Source of the DNA: Massalongia carnosa
Lineage: Eukaryota
Direction: 5' to 3'
Assembly: GCA_965645245.1 (NCBI GenBank)
Contig: OZ287069.1
Location: forward strand, 1,116,001 to 1,180,000
DNA: 64,000 nt
The notes beneath the pieces were generated by a model, which saw only the letters and a program-made list of their open reading frames with translations, was not told the origin of the DNA and did no database searches. The translations under genes and the position numbers were made by a program. Positions 12,997 through 25,940 of this stretch are shown here, one piece after another (the first letter of the stretch is position 1; every line of letters begins with the position of its first letter).

Positions 12997-14188
12997 ATGC
13001 CTATCAAGCCTGGCCAGACGCCACTGCCACCGTGGGGAAATGCATTGGCTGGAGCAACAGGCGCAGTCCTAGCTAATGCCGTTGTCTACCCATTAGACAT
13101 GTAAGCCGTGCTCATATCGATTAGCATGCGGCTCATGCTGAAGATGCGGACTTTGGTATAGAGTCAAAACCCGGCTGCAAGTTCAAGTCAAACGCAAACC
13201 CACAGTTGCGAAGCCTATGACGTTCAAAGATGCACACTACACATCCTCCATCGATGCGATTAGGAAAATTGTGGATGATGAAGGGATCATGGGGCTATAT
13301 TCTGGATTTAATGGCTCTTTGATCGGAGTGGCATCGAATAATTTTGCATATTTCTACTGGTATTCTATCATCCGTACACTTTACATCTCGTCACAAGGCT
13401 TCCCCAAAGCCCCCAGCACCGCAACGGAGCTGTCACTAGGGGCTGTAGCCGGAGCCGTCGCTCAAGTCTTTACCATTCCGGTGTCTGTTGTGACCACGCG
13501 CCAGCAAACGCAGCTAAAAGGAGAGAAGAAAGGCTTGCTCGACACCGGACGAGAGGTAGTTCGCAGTGATGATGGATGGACTGGATTGTGGCGAGGATTG
13601 AAAGCGAGTTTGGTGCTCGTAGTGAATCCTGGGATCACATACGGTGCTTATCAAAGACTAAGAGAACTGCTCTTTAGCGGCAAAACGAACCTTCGACCAT
13701 GGGAGGCATTTTGTACCTTGGCCCATAAAACTCAATCACTTCACTACAAGCTAATAATATGTACCTAGTTCTTGGAGCGATGTCCAAAGCCCTTGCAACA
13801 ATAATCACGCAACCCCTAATTGTTGCGAAAGTCGGTCTTCAATCGCGTCCGCCACCAGCCAGGAACGGCAAGCCATTCCAAAGCTTTCTCCAAGTGATGT
13901 CGTATATCATAGAACATGAAGGGCTAATGGCGTTATACAAGGGCATTGTGCCTCAAATCACGAAGGGAATTCTTGTTCAAGGCCTCCTCATGATGGTGAA
14001 GGAGAGGTTTGTGATCTCTTGACCACATGGATCTTATTGATGCATTCAAGCTAACACGGTGCAGGATGGAGATCCTCTTCACCATTCTTTTTGCCTACAT
14101 CCGCAAAATCAGGTCTTCGAAATTGCAGAGAGTAGCTGAACTTGCCGCTGCAAGGACTAAGCAAGTGCTACCAGTGATAGCCAAATAA
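12997..14188 (+). CDS. ANT1: Peroxisomal adenine nucleotide carrier (mitochondrial carrier family), 4 exons
   Basis: PWGNALAGATGAVLANAVVYPLD-VKTRLQVQ; NFAYFYWY; TIPVSVVTTRQQ; LVLVVNPGITYG; TQPLIVAKV. Three carrier repeats typical of Ant1/PMP34. Confidence 0.92.
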
Positions 14189-14504
14189 GATGATAATGAA
14201 CAATCATATTGACTTTTAATGTAAAAGTATTTGCGATATTACAAAAGGGTGGGTGAGAAACCTCTCCCTATTGACAGAGCGTATGCAAGTAGAACACCAG
14301 GCGCTGACATAAAAAGTCCATACTTGTTAGGTAGAAGTAGCGAATGCCAATGCCCCGTCGCATAAAAGTAGCCCTAACTTATGTAATTAACGTTAGCTGC
14401 ACCGCGGATATAAGCGAGGTAGTTATTTCACACCTCCGAAATTCCAAAAGCCCATCATCTTGACTTCTCCTAAACCCCATCGACCACCCGCACAAGCAGT
14501 CCAA

Positions 14505-15035
14505 ATGGCCAGTAAGAAATCACCCTCTCTATTTCCTTCAATTACCCTTCCCGAAGAAAACATCAAATGACTATTTCCCCTCTTCCAGAATCCAAGAACT
14601 CCTCGCAACACAACCAGAGCAAAAAAGCTCACCGAAACGGGTGAACCACTCCCTCCCCTCACTATTGAAAAACAAATAAGAATCGTCCCCTACCTCTCCA
14701 CATCAACCGGCCACAGAGCCCTACCCTGGTCATCGGCAATTTTATGCCACATAAGCTAACCTCTCCCAAAACGCGGGCGATTGATCCTGGCAGCATAAAA
14801 AAACCCAAAACCCACCGCTACCCTTCCCTCAACGGCACGGACCCCAAATTCCGCCGCAACCATCGACATGCGCTACACGGCACGATGAAAGCTCTTGTAA
14901 GTGGTGTTCTGTCTGATTGGTTTTTGGTTGGGAAACTTAAGTTTTTTTTTGGGCATTTTTTATTTATTTTCCGGAGGGGGGGCGCTAATAGACACGTAGA
15001 AGGAAGTCAAGGAGGGAAAGCGGGAATCTGCATGA
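14505..15035 (+). CDS. RPL29: 60S ribosomal protein L29 (eL29), 4 exons
   Basis: Spliced product [65 protein letters not shown]. Confidence 0.96.
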
Positions 15036-15872
15036 GTGGTGTTGATGATGTGGTGGGAGAAAGAGAGAGAGAGAGATGGGATCAAGGAGGATGGGAGTGT
15101 CGGGGATTGGCGTCCAGTCTCTAAGATTGGAGAAGGGTGGTATTAATTACGAAGATAACCGAAGGCCATGATGAACCTGCTTGCTTTAACGACGAATCCA
15201 ACCCCTCAACCCCTTCCCCAAGCCCCAACCTATGGTCCGGTTCGTGGGCGAGTGGCATTACCCATCAGGGGAAAACTGCTTGAACAGAAATGCAGGTAGG
15301 TATACACACACACTCTCTCTCAATATCACCTTCCATATCTTCTCCCCTTTCTTTCTTTTCTTCCTTTCCCCGATTCCTTCCCCCCCCAATATCCCAATAT
15401 CCCAACATCACAAAGACAAAGTAAGGCATATGTGTGTACAGCTCCGATCCGCTTCTCCCACGCGCGGCTGCTGAAGGATTAAAAACTATCTTGTATCGTG
15501 CCGATATTTAGCCGTTTTCTGGCGGTGGGTCCTTTCATTACCAAACGCCCTCCCTTATTTCAATTTTTTTTTGGGATTCGGTAGGGAGAGGGTGCATGGA
15601 GATTGGGCTACATTTGTGTTTTTGTTCGGCTTATTATTTTTCAGTTTTTGAGGTAAGGGGGGAGGGGAAGAGACTTTTGTCTGAGAACACTCGTCTTCTT
15701 GTTGGATGTGGGGTTTCTTGCTAGTGTTAGATATGATGTATGTTCCATGGAAAGAGGTCATTTAATAGTTTCTGGTCTCTAAAACTAATTCACGATTTCC
15801 TCTTACGAACCATGCACGGCATATCGCAGCCAGGTATTATCAAACCTCAAAATCCATCAAGGTAACCAGGTA

Positions 15873-17415
15873 TCAATCATCTTTTTCGGGTTTCCACACT
15901 ATCAGCTTTTTGTCAAAGCCCCCGCTCACCACCCATTCCTGTTCTTCTCCATCCACACTCACCATTCCCGCCCACACGCTCCGGATCTTACTTCCGGCGT
16001 CATGTCCACCCTTAAGCGTGGCGACAATCTTCCCGGTCCGGGCCTCCAGGCCCCGCAAAACACCATCATCCCCGTTGACCCAGACGCCGCATCCGTCCGG
16101 CCGCCAGCGCACCTGTGGGGTCGAATACGCCGTCTGCGGCGCCAACGTGCTCACGTTGATCAGGATCGCCGAGTCTTCCCGGTCCTGCCGGGCGAGTGTC
16201 TCCGTCGTCTGAGCCGCCTGGGTGAGCGAGGCGGTGCTACTCCGTGAGGGCGCGGCCATGGATGGGATCAAGAGACGCACGACGATGAGCTTCATGTGGG
16301 GGATCGAGGACGTGGCGACGGCGAGAAGGGTGGGATCGGTGGGGCAGAGGGAAATCGAGGATGGGGAAAACGCGATCCACGCGTTCGAGCGAGGCGCTAG
16401 GTTTTGAGAGCCCAAGGCCCGGAACCCTGCAGCTAAGGTAGCGGCGTCGGCGGATTCGTCGAGGGAAGGCACCGTGAAGAAGTGCAGCGAGGTGGAGTCT
16501 CGCCGGGTGAACAGGAGGATGGACGACTTGGTATCGGGATGCTTCATGAACATGACGGTTTCCGGGTTGGTTGCAAGCGGGATGGACAGCACGGGAGGGC
16601 CCAGCCGCCGGGTGCTGCTCCCAAGTCGATAGATGAAGATTTTCGCGTCCCATCCCGCCGTCGCCACCCAGGTTCCCCGACCATCCTCCCATGCCGTGAC
16701 TTTAACTACGTATTTCGTATGATCCCGGCGCTCGTCGATCACCAGGTCTTCCTTGTGGTCATAGACAACCACCTGGCCGGACATGCTCGTGGAAATCGTA
16801 GTCAAATGCCGGATGCCCAGGGTGACGCAGGACAGGATCGGCGAGTCGTGGATGAAGTTCCTGGATCGGAACAAGGGGAAGGTTGGGGTGGGGACGAGGA
16901 AGTTCAGTCGCCGGTCCGCCGTCGTGGCAAATAGCAGCTGAACTGCCCCAGCTGATGGGTCATGCGTAGTCTTTTCCATGGACACGTGGAGTAAATTGGC
17001 CGCTGATGGAAGGGTCTTGACCTCCACAGGATATGTCGGTACTGACAAGCCGTAAGGAAAAAGGAATGGGAACGTATGAGAACGTATGGGAACAATGATA
17101 GATGGGGTTTCTCTTACTTACCGGGAAGGCTCCATTCTATGTCGCTGACGCCGAATTTCTCTACGGTCAGGCTGAGGTCGAAGATTTTCTTTTCTTGTAG
17201 TATCTTCTCGATCGTCAGGTCGCCTTTCTCGACTGTGCCGGCGTCTGGGGACAATCCGGCTTCGCTCAGGAAAGCTTGGAGAGTCTAGAGGTCGGCTTTC
17301 GGTTAGTCATCGTAGGCATTTGGCTTTGGTCGGGCATTGCAATGCTAACAGCGTTGTAATTGTTCGACCGCAGGAATCTAGCGACTAAGATCGCGGGGGA
17401 GTCTCTTGCCGGCAT
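15873..17415 (-). CDS. LisH + WD40 repeat protein, 3 exons
   Basis: N-terminal LisH-like DSPAILVARFLRSNNY..TLQAFLSEAGL; WD repeats HTKYVVKV..ATAGWDAKIFIY and GH..KIRSVW..SGGFDKKLIVW. Confidence 0.85.
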
Positions 17416-17850
17416 TTTGACGAAGGTCTCATGCCTGAGCTTGTGTAGGTTGAGGGACGCACGAACATACAAAACCTATAACTCCATGATCATGCATGTT
17501 TTTCAGTGGTTTAGGCATTCCCCATGGAACAGGTTTGGCGTTTTGGCCCCCTACCCAAGTGATTATCCGTTCGGGCACATCTGATCTGCTTTCTGGACAT
17601 GTCTAGCTCAACGAATATGTTTATCAGATGTAAGCGGTAGTGTATTTAAATAGCTACGAGTGGCTAGGTCGGCAGGATGCCTAGCCATGTCAAAATCATC
17701 GGTAGATTTTCTTGCGAGAGCATATATCTCTCTCAAGTTGGCAGCTCTGATGCATGAATGATTCCCTAGCTCTCTTGGAGGCAAATGAGCCACGCAAGAT
17801 CTCACAAAACTGCCGTTGGCAGTCCTCTGAAACAAAGAGGAGATTAATTC

Positions 17851-19399
17851 TCAGTAAAACATATCTTCCGCTCGGTTTCTCTTCCCCCCCCTTCCCTGTA
17901 ACTTCTCGGCAAAAAGCTCTTTTCCAGCGTTGCCAAGTACCTTTCCTGGAAACAACTCTTTCGTTGCCCCCATGGAAGCCACATCTTCAGCCACTCCGCG
18001 AATCGAGAAGCCCATGACCTGCACGTGCGAAGTGCCTCGTATGCTGAGACCACCGTCATCCATCTCATCCGGAACCACCACATCAACGTCGATGTCGACA
18101 CCCTTCAAACGACCATAAGACAACGCTGGCTTTCTAGCAGCCTTGGTAGAAGCGTAGCGCGAGTTCGGGTCGCCATCTGCCAAAGGTACACTTAGCCCAG
18201 ATGCGAACATATCTGCCGTCTCATCCGCTGCATCAAAAGCATCTGACCGGCGGTGGTTACTACTGCTGGACTTATTTGGAAAGAGCTCTTTCTTTAAGTT
18301 GGCCGCGGATCTTTTGTTGGCAAAGAGTTCTCTATCTTTGTTGTTGTGGTCTGTGCCTGGTAGAGACTTTGTCGGAAACAGTTCCTTCCCAGAGTTTATT
18401 GATGGATGAGGATGAGGATCATGAGCCTGGTACGGAGGTGGTGGGGTTCTTCTTCTAGAATCGCGCCAGCCCGAGCGACTTGATCGGCCAGGTGATGCGC
18501 TTCGATCTCGCGTTATTCGACCATTGCCATTAGATCTTCCCGGTCGATATTTATCGCCTCGAAACCTGGTTCGGGTACCTCGATCGTCAGCCGTATTGCT
18601 ATCCTCCACGGATGAAAATGAAGAACGGGACCCTCGCTGAGTTAAAAAACTATCGGCTCTTCGAGCAAGAGCGTTTGAGTCATCGTCGTACATAGTAGGA
18701 TTGAAGCCATCGTTATGGTCCCCTTGGTTTCTACGGCGATGCTCTTCGCGACCATACCTTCGTTTGCGGTAGTCAACATGACCGGGGCGAGGCCGGCTGC
18801 TTCGATCCCGATGATGCTGTTCTCTCGGATCATACTCTGGATGCATCATGTAGAACCTGCTGGCTTCGTACGCCCGGGGTCGCTTCTGGTCAGTAAGAAA
18901 GGCAATTCTAACCTGAAGGCTTGACTCTGGGTGTAACGTAAGTGTTTTAGCTGCTCGGAGCTCGAGAGACGAGTTGGGGACGCTGGATGTGGGCGACAGA
19001 GAAAGGTTGCTGAGAGCTTTTGACGCTATCGCTGGTGTGGCATAAACTATATTTGCTGAGGTATCATCGATCCACTCAATGCGAAGCGGAGGCTCGGGCG
19101 GAAAGTGTTCCATGGAAAATGTCTTCAAATCTTCTGTCGTGAGATCATCAACGCCTCGAATGTGAATCTTATGAGGAGTTTCATGAGCGATATCTTCTGT
19201 TGAGATATCCGCGATGTCAAGGTTGTTGCCAGCCGGTTGAGCGTAGGTAGACTCCAGGCAATCAGGTAGCTATCCGACAAGGTCAGACTTGCGGCAGAGT
19301 AAGGCAAGATACCTTGATTGATGTGCTTACTTGCATCTCATTACCATCAATGGGACCCAAATCAATGTCCATGTCCACATCCATGTCGCCATTTTCCAT
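17851..19399 (-). CDS. NCBP3-like (nuclear cap-binding subunit 3 / RRM-like) protein, 2 exons
   Basis: MENGDMDVDMDIDLG first exon; PHKIHIRGVDDLTTEDLK...RIEWIDDTSANIVY; R/S-rich tail with KELFP repeats ending RNRAEDMFY. Confidence 0.85.
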
Positions 19400-21093
19400 A
19401 GCTATTGAAGCTGCACCACACCAATAAATCGTTTCCAAAATCCAAGGCCCTCTGGTGCTGAGAGATTGTTAAAGAGTTGTAGGAATAGAAAGAATTATGG
19501 AAAGATGGAAGATAAATTTTGTAACTCAGTGTTTCTTTTCCCTCAAGCAAATAGCGACCGAAAAGAAAATCAGGATGTAGGGTATTTGAAGCTACAAAAC
19601 TACCTAGCGAAGAGCTACGGTACAAACGCGAGTGCGGGAGCGTGACACGTGACGTTCGACACGTGAATGAATGAAAATGTATCCACTAATCAGATTACTA
19701 GTCTTTCTCGAGGTGATACAAGAGATGATATGGAAGTGATTCACAGACCGGGCAGGAAGTGGAAAGGGAGGTGGTCTGAAGATCGGTCGCAGGTAATTTG
19801 TAAAAGATGATAAGTAGACAGGGTGATGGGGATTTATCACAAGGTCTTTCCAAATAGTCTTCTGGGGAGTAACTAGGTCTCTCTTAAAGAACTTTGGCCG
19901 GCTGACATATGGACCTGATCAGCTACCGACAACTTAAACCTTAGTAGCTAGATGGTTGAGGACCGCATGAGTGGTACGAATGATACCTTGGTACCCTTTA
20001 TCTAGAAACAAATCTAGCTAGAAAATAAGGTAGGATACAAGCTCATTTCCTTCGTTCTGAAGGGAGACACGACTTTTACCGACGCCGAATAGCCCTGATC
20101 TCAAGCCTTTATCTTCTCGTCAATGGCGTGCTTCTTCCTCCTTATCATAAGCTTTTACTCCATAACTGCCGATTGTTCATTGGGGCCGATCATATCCCAC
20201 ATCTCCTTCATCGCCATCATCTTCATCATTCAGATACTGAACATATGGTGTAAGTGCTTGAAATTTTTGACGAGACGAACTAGATTCTAGGCGCCTGCGC
20301 TTAGGCTCGCCGCTTGTCTTGCGGGCCTCAGCCACTAGACTTTCCCTCTTCCTCTTCCTATCTTTAGCCTCTGGTAGTCCCGGCACCATCTTGTTGGGAT
20401 TCTTCTTCCTGCGCTCATCTAAGCCCTAGTGTACTCTCCCCCTCTATTCTAGTAGTTCTTTACGGCTCTCCACCCCTTGTCGTTGATGTCATATCGCTCG
20501 GTGAGACGTTTTGATATCTCTTTCCATTTGGGTATATCTGTGCCCCATAAGGTCCCTTCACTCTGAATTTCAAGCAGTATGTCGCGTACAAGTATGAGTA
20601 TGCCTTCGGATTCATGGGACCAAAGTCTATTGGGTACTTTAGTGGGTTTTGTATCTTCAGTAGGGGTCGTACGTGCACGCTTGCTTGGCTCACCGTTGGC
20701 TCCAGAACGAGCCGGATCTCTAGAGTTTCGGAGGCTGCTTAGCCTTTGGCTGTCGGCTTTGGCTATGTCTTTCGTCATATTCAGCCTCGAAGCCACCGTC
20801 ACTCTGGGCTGGATTATCGAGGTCGATACGGAACTCGCTGCCACTCTCGTCAGGTTCGTAAGACTTCGCGCGTTTTCTATGCTTGGGCGATTCTGTATTC
20901 CACAAAACCAGTCATCCTCATTTTTGGGTGTTGTATTTAGTGTTAGGCCCACGCAGCTGTAGTGAAACAATCTTGGAGGCTTATGTTTTGCTGAACACTG
21001 TACCTCATAATCAACATGGTCAGGTCTGTCGCACAGAAAGCAGCTTCTCAAAAACTAGTAGCAATCAGAGCTCGTTGCCCGGGTTGAAGAACC

Positions 21094-21309
21094 CTTTGAT
21101 TACAGGAGGCTTAGTGGCAGACTGAAGGCTTTGAAAGGTGATTATATTAATGCTATCTAGAAGGAAGGACGTTCGAGGGGGTCCTCCCGAGGACCGCTAT
21201 AGCAAACACCTCCTTAACCACCTTACCGCATTAGGATTCAGGGGGCCGGCCTATTGTAAGGCCGGCCTCCGATAAGGCTATGTGGACCGTCGCTATTGTC
21301 AATCCAAAG
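21094..21309 (-). repeat. 3' LTR (216 bp)
   Basis: Matches 25941-26174 apart from 4 substitutions and one 18-bp indel. Confidence 0.95.
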
Positions 21310-21356
21310 CTCCCTCACAATAGGAAGGTTCCAACCTCCAGAAGTTTGAATCAACC

Positions 21357-24300
21357 TCATTGATTTGATGCCTCAGGGGCAGTGGTCATATTCATCTGAT
21401 CGATGAACCTTCGAAAGGAGATCCACGGTAGAGGCTTGGTTAGTCCATCAGCTATCATATCCTTAGTGGGCACATAGCTAATTTGAATAGCTCCCTCAGC
21501 GATCAGCTCCCTCGTCTTATGATACTGGATATCGATGTGTTTGGCCCGAGGATGATTGATGGGGTTGTCGGCTAGCTTTATAGCCGCCTTATTGTCAGCT
21601 TTCAGGGGAACGGGGCCATTGACACCATATCCCAAGGATTTCAAGGCATTCGCCAAGAAGACAGCCTCCTTGCCAGCATGGCACTCCCCCATATACTCAG
21701 CCTCAGCTGTGGAGGTGGCCACCGAGGCCTGGCGTTTCGTTGACCAGCTGATTGGTCCGCTGTTCAGGAGGAACACATAGGCGGAAGTGGATCTCCTAGT
21801 GTCCAGACAGTCTCCATAAGAGGCATCAGTATAACCGATTAAATCAGTGTGAATACCCTCATAGGAGGATCCAAAACATAGGCCTAGGTCCCTTGTTCCA
21901 GCCAAATATCGAATTATTCTTTTTAAGATTGCGCCTTGATAGGGGGTAGGATTGATTGAATATCTACTACAGCGATTCACCGAGTAAGCAATATCCGGCC
22001 GAGTCATACATGCTAACCACAATAGAGATCCAATAAGCATTTGATATGCCTTGATCTCTCTATTTGTGGCCTCGTATATCTTGCCTTTATAGTAATTCAT
22101 GACCAGAAGAAGATTGGTCTCCATGGGTGTTTTGACGGATTTGCAATCGGACATGTCGACTGCATCGATGATTCGCCTAATGTACGCCGATTGATGAACA
22201 TATATTCTTCTATTTGGCCGGTCCCGAGTAACGTGCATCCCTAAATAGAAATTAATTGGTCCGAGATCCTTGATCCGGAACCGGTGAGACAATTCAGTCT
22301 TCAAAAGACTGATGTCCGAAAGAGAGGGTCCGATGAGAAGTAGATCATCCACATAAATCGCTATTATGATGCCATTTTGCTGATAAATATAGACCGAATG
22401 GTCCTCGTCCACTCTCCTATAGCCCATGGTGATAAGATAGTCAGTGAGGGTGGAATACCATTCACGGGGGGCCTGCTTGAGACCATACAAGGCCTTCTTC
22501 AAGCGACAGGCATATCCCCTGGTTTGTCAAACCCATGGGGTTGTTCCATCCAGACCTCTTTTAGAGGGGCCTCAAGGAAAGCGGTGACCACGTCGATCTG
22601 TTCGACCTCCAGGTCATATCTAGCCGCTATAGCCAGCAGGGCCTTCCATGTCATTGATTTGACCACGCTGGCATAGGTTTGATTATAGTCAATGCCTTCT
22701 ATCTGGCAAAAACCTTTACCTACCCATCGGGCCTTATATCTAGATATTTCCCCATCCGGACCGAGTTTGGTGGTATAAACCCATCTACTAGGTAGGATCT
22801 TCCTACCAGGTGGTGGAATTTGCAGGTCCCAGGTCCCGTTGATGGAATGAGATTCAACCTCCTCCTCTGATGCTCGGATCCATTCGGTAGCCTCTGAAGA
22901 CTGAATGGCCTCCTTGTAGGTGCTGGGGACGGTGAGGTCGTTTAAGGAGGCCTTAAGAGCTCTCAATGCGAATCCCTTGTTACCTCCTTTCTTAGACCAT
23001 GGATCAGCTAATTTAGCATAATCGGGTCGAGAGGTGTTTCGGGATGGTCGGGATAATGATGTTGGTGGAGGTGGTGGTCTAGGTTCCTGAGGTACCTATC
23101 CTGGTGCGGATTTGATCGACTGCTCGGAATTACTAGTAAATTGGCCTGTAAAAGGAGCAGTTGATGACCCAGAGGTCAGGTCGGCTACTTGTGAGTCCTC
23201 GGAATTTTCTGAACTTTCTGATTTATCATCTTCCTCTCTTCCGGTTCCTTCATCTGCAAATTCCGGTTCTAAAGGCCGTTTAGGGGGTTCCTCATTAACG
23301 AGTTCCTCCTCTTCATTGGCATAAATTATCACTCCTGGTGTGTCCACCTCGTCGTCACCATTTCGGTAGAAGAATTGTAAGAAGCCATAGTCGTCGTCGC
23401 CACCATCCCCCGATTCTTCAACCGAAAGGGATGCGGTCTCGTCCCATAGCACGTGTGCCGAAATGATGGGTTTCTTGGAGGTGAGGTCCCAAAGGCGATA
23501 CTTGTTGTTGCCTTGAAGGCCAAGAAATCTGCATTTGATGCTTCTGTCGTCCAGCTTCTTCTTCTGAGGGTCAACATTGTAAGAGTATGCTACGCACCCG
23601 AAGATACGAGCACCCGACAAGTCTGGCTGTCTGCCATACATCAGTTCGAAGGGTGTTTTATCACCATGCCTTGGACTCCTGTTTTTCAGGTAAGTAACGT
23701 AGGAAATAGCCTCCCCCCATTGATTAGAAGGCATTCCACTGTCACTAAGAATCGCACGGGTTCGCTCGAAGAGGGTGCGAAAGCACCTCTCGGCTACCCC
23801 ATTCTGATTCGGATTGTGTGGTGCTGTCGCATCCCACTCAATGCCATTGTCCTTCAAAATTTGTAAGGTCTGATGGCCAGCATACTCCCCTCCGTTGTCA
23901 ATGCGCATAAGTTTGACCGGATGTCCTTGTGTCTTCATCCATGCTAAATAGTCCTTTAGGACCTCCTTTAATTCGGATTTTTTCTTCAGAAGGTAAATCA
24001 CCGTCCAGTCAGTAAAATCGTCAACGAAGGAGGCAGCATACTTGGCTCCCCCAATTGTCTGAGGTATGTCCCCCCCGCCAGCAATGTCGGTATGTACAAT
24101 TTCACCGATGTTGGTGGCCTTTAGTCGTTGAATTCTAACTGGATTTCGATGTTGTTTTCCTATTGCACATGATGGACACACGTTGATTTTAGGTTCTGCT
24201 GATTCACATTTATCAGCCTTAATTGCATCAATGCCAGTGGAGAGTTTAGCTAAAATCTTGACGTCCTTCATGTTGAGATGGGCTAATCGTCGGTGCCACA

Positions 24301-25806
24301 CCGTCCACGAGGCATTGTCGGAGGATTTGTAAGAGGTATGTAAGGTCTTTGATTGGTCCAGGTCGATCGAGTGTGTGGATCCAGAAGACTGACGAGTACC
24401 AGTAAGACAGAGTTCTCCGTCAGGGGCAAAACATTCAGTTCTTCCTTTTCCTACTCGAAATTCGAATCCTTTCGACTCAATAACCCCTACAGAAAACAGC
24501 TTGTATGCTGACTCGGGTACGTGATGGACATCCTTTAGGCATACAGCCTTTGATTCACCATCCACGTCTAGATACAGGGTAACAGATCCTTTTCCTTTGA
24601 TAATCATATCAGTGGAGATGGCCGTTTTTATGACCTTCCCTCTAATTGATTGATAGTCATCAAATAGGTCTTTGTCATAGCAAATATGGACATCGGAAGC
24701 CGAGTCTATCCACCAGGTACGATCCTTATTTTGAGACTTATGGACGTTAGTAAAGAGGCTCTTGGTTATCATTGATCTTGGAACGAAGGCTGATTTGGAC
24801 GAGGGATTCGATTCCTTCTTGTCCTTATCCTCCTTCCTATCCTCGTTCTTATTCTTCACTAAGTTTTCCTTAGATGGGGCCGGTTTCCAGTTATCGGGCC
24901 GGTTGGTTGCATTCAGATAATAGCAATTGGTCTTGTTGTGGCCAGGACCGTCACAGTATTCACATTTTGACGAATTGGTATTTTTCTCCTTTTTCCCCTT
25001 TTTGCTCTTCTCATCTTCTTCTTTCTTTTCCTTCCTGTTGAACTTAGCCGTCAGTGCCTTGTTGGATTCCTCTAAGTTATGTTGACGGTTATCATGATCT
25101 ATTAAGGCCATCATCATCTCGTCAACGTCTAACTCCCTCATGTTTGCTCTTGCAGCCTCTACGAGACTGAAGATATAAGGTTCCAGGTCCGGTTTAAGAC
25201 CAAGTCGGAACGAGCTAGAGAGAACCCAGTCTGGTAACTTGTGACCGAGTTGTATCAACTGGGAGTGGGCCTTCTTTAGGTGTTCGGCGTACTCCTGAAT
25301 GGATTTGAAATCTGATTGGCTAGCACGAAGTTGAAGGAAGGCCAGGTCTCTAGTGGCCAGACTTGTTGCTTTGTAATGCTTTTCCAGTACATCCCACATC
25401 TCTTTTGGGTCTTCCAGGCCCTCTATATGGACTCGAGGGCCTGTTCCACAGTTCAAGTATATCTTGGTAGCTGCTTTTACCTTCGCTTGTCCCATTTCTT
25501 CTGTTTGTCCTCGAAAGCCTCCAGTTTGTCCTCGAAAGCCTCCAGTTTGTCCTCGAAAGCCTCCAGTTTGTCCTCCCACCGCTCAATAGTGCTTTGTGTC
25601 ACTACTATGGCCGGGGTGGTGACTCCATCCTCTATCTTAGAAGGGGAGTCCACTGGTCGAGGCGGAGCATTAAGGGGTCGGAGTTCTTCCCCTTTAACTA
25701 TATCCCACAGTTCGTCTAAACTGAGGAGGCCTTTCACCTCCTCCTTCCATACATTGTAGTTCTTTTCACCTACCAACGGCTTTATCTGATAGGTTTCTAG
25801 TCCCAT
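21357..25806 (-). pseudogene. Disrupted gag-pol polyprotein
   Basis: Zn knuckle CEYCDGPGHNKTNC; protease WWIDSAS; integrase HHCC (WHRRLAH..CPSC) and DD35E (VHTD, RIDNGGEY, NGVAER); RT LYGLKQAPREW and YVDD; RNase H YTDAS and AEAEY. Frameshifts near 25485 and 22515; in-frame TAG at 23096. Confidence 0.95.
25503..25575. repeat. 21-bp tandem repeat, about 3.5 copies, in gag, encoding (EDKLEAF)n
   Basis: GTTTGTCCTCGAAAGCCTCCA repeated perfectly. Confidence 0.93.
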
Positions 25807-25928
25807 TGTTGAAGACTAAGCACCGACAGCTGAGGAGGTTATTTAAGGCTTGATAATTGGCCTACAAGGACGAGGACTAGATATGTAGGAAGAGAAGAGA
25901 TTATATAGCACTTCCCTAGCGTCTAGCC

Positions 25929-25940
25929 GGGCTCATAACC
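25929..25940 (-). promoter_or_regulatory. Primer-binding site complementary to the anticodon arm of initiator tRNA-Met (Ty5/copia half-tRNA type)
   Basis: The minus strand reads GGTTATGAGCCC directly after the 5' LTR. Confidence 0.85.

Noticed and set aside
15168..15474. Possible C/D snoRNA (ATGATGA...CTGA) with CGCGGCTGCTG complementary to 18S rRNA, or a small spliced ORF
   Set aside because: The boxes are about 300 nt apart, the guide is only about 8 nt, and the putative intron has no branch point or terminal stem.
23096..23098. Programmed readthrough or frameshifting in gag-pol
   Set aside because: Copia elements of this type usually have a single ORF. The breaks fall inside gag, the IN-RT linker and RT, and fit simple point lesions.
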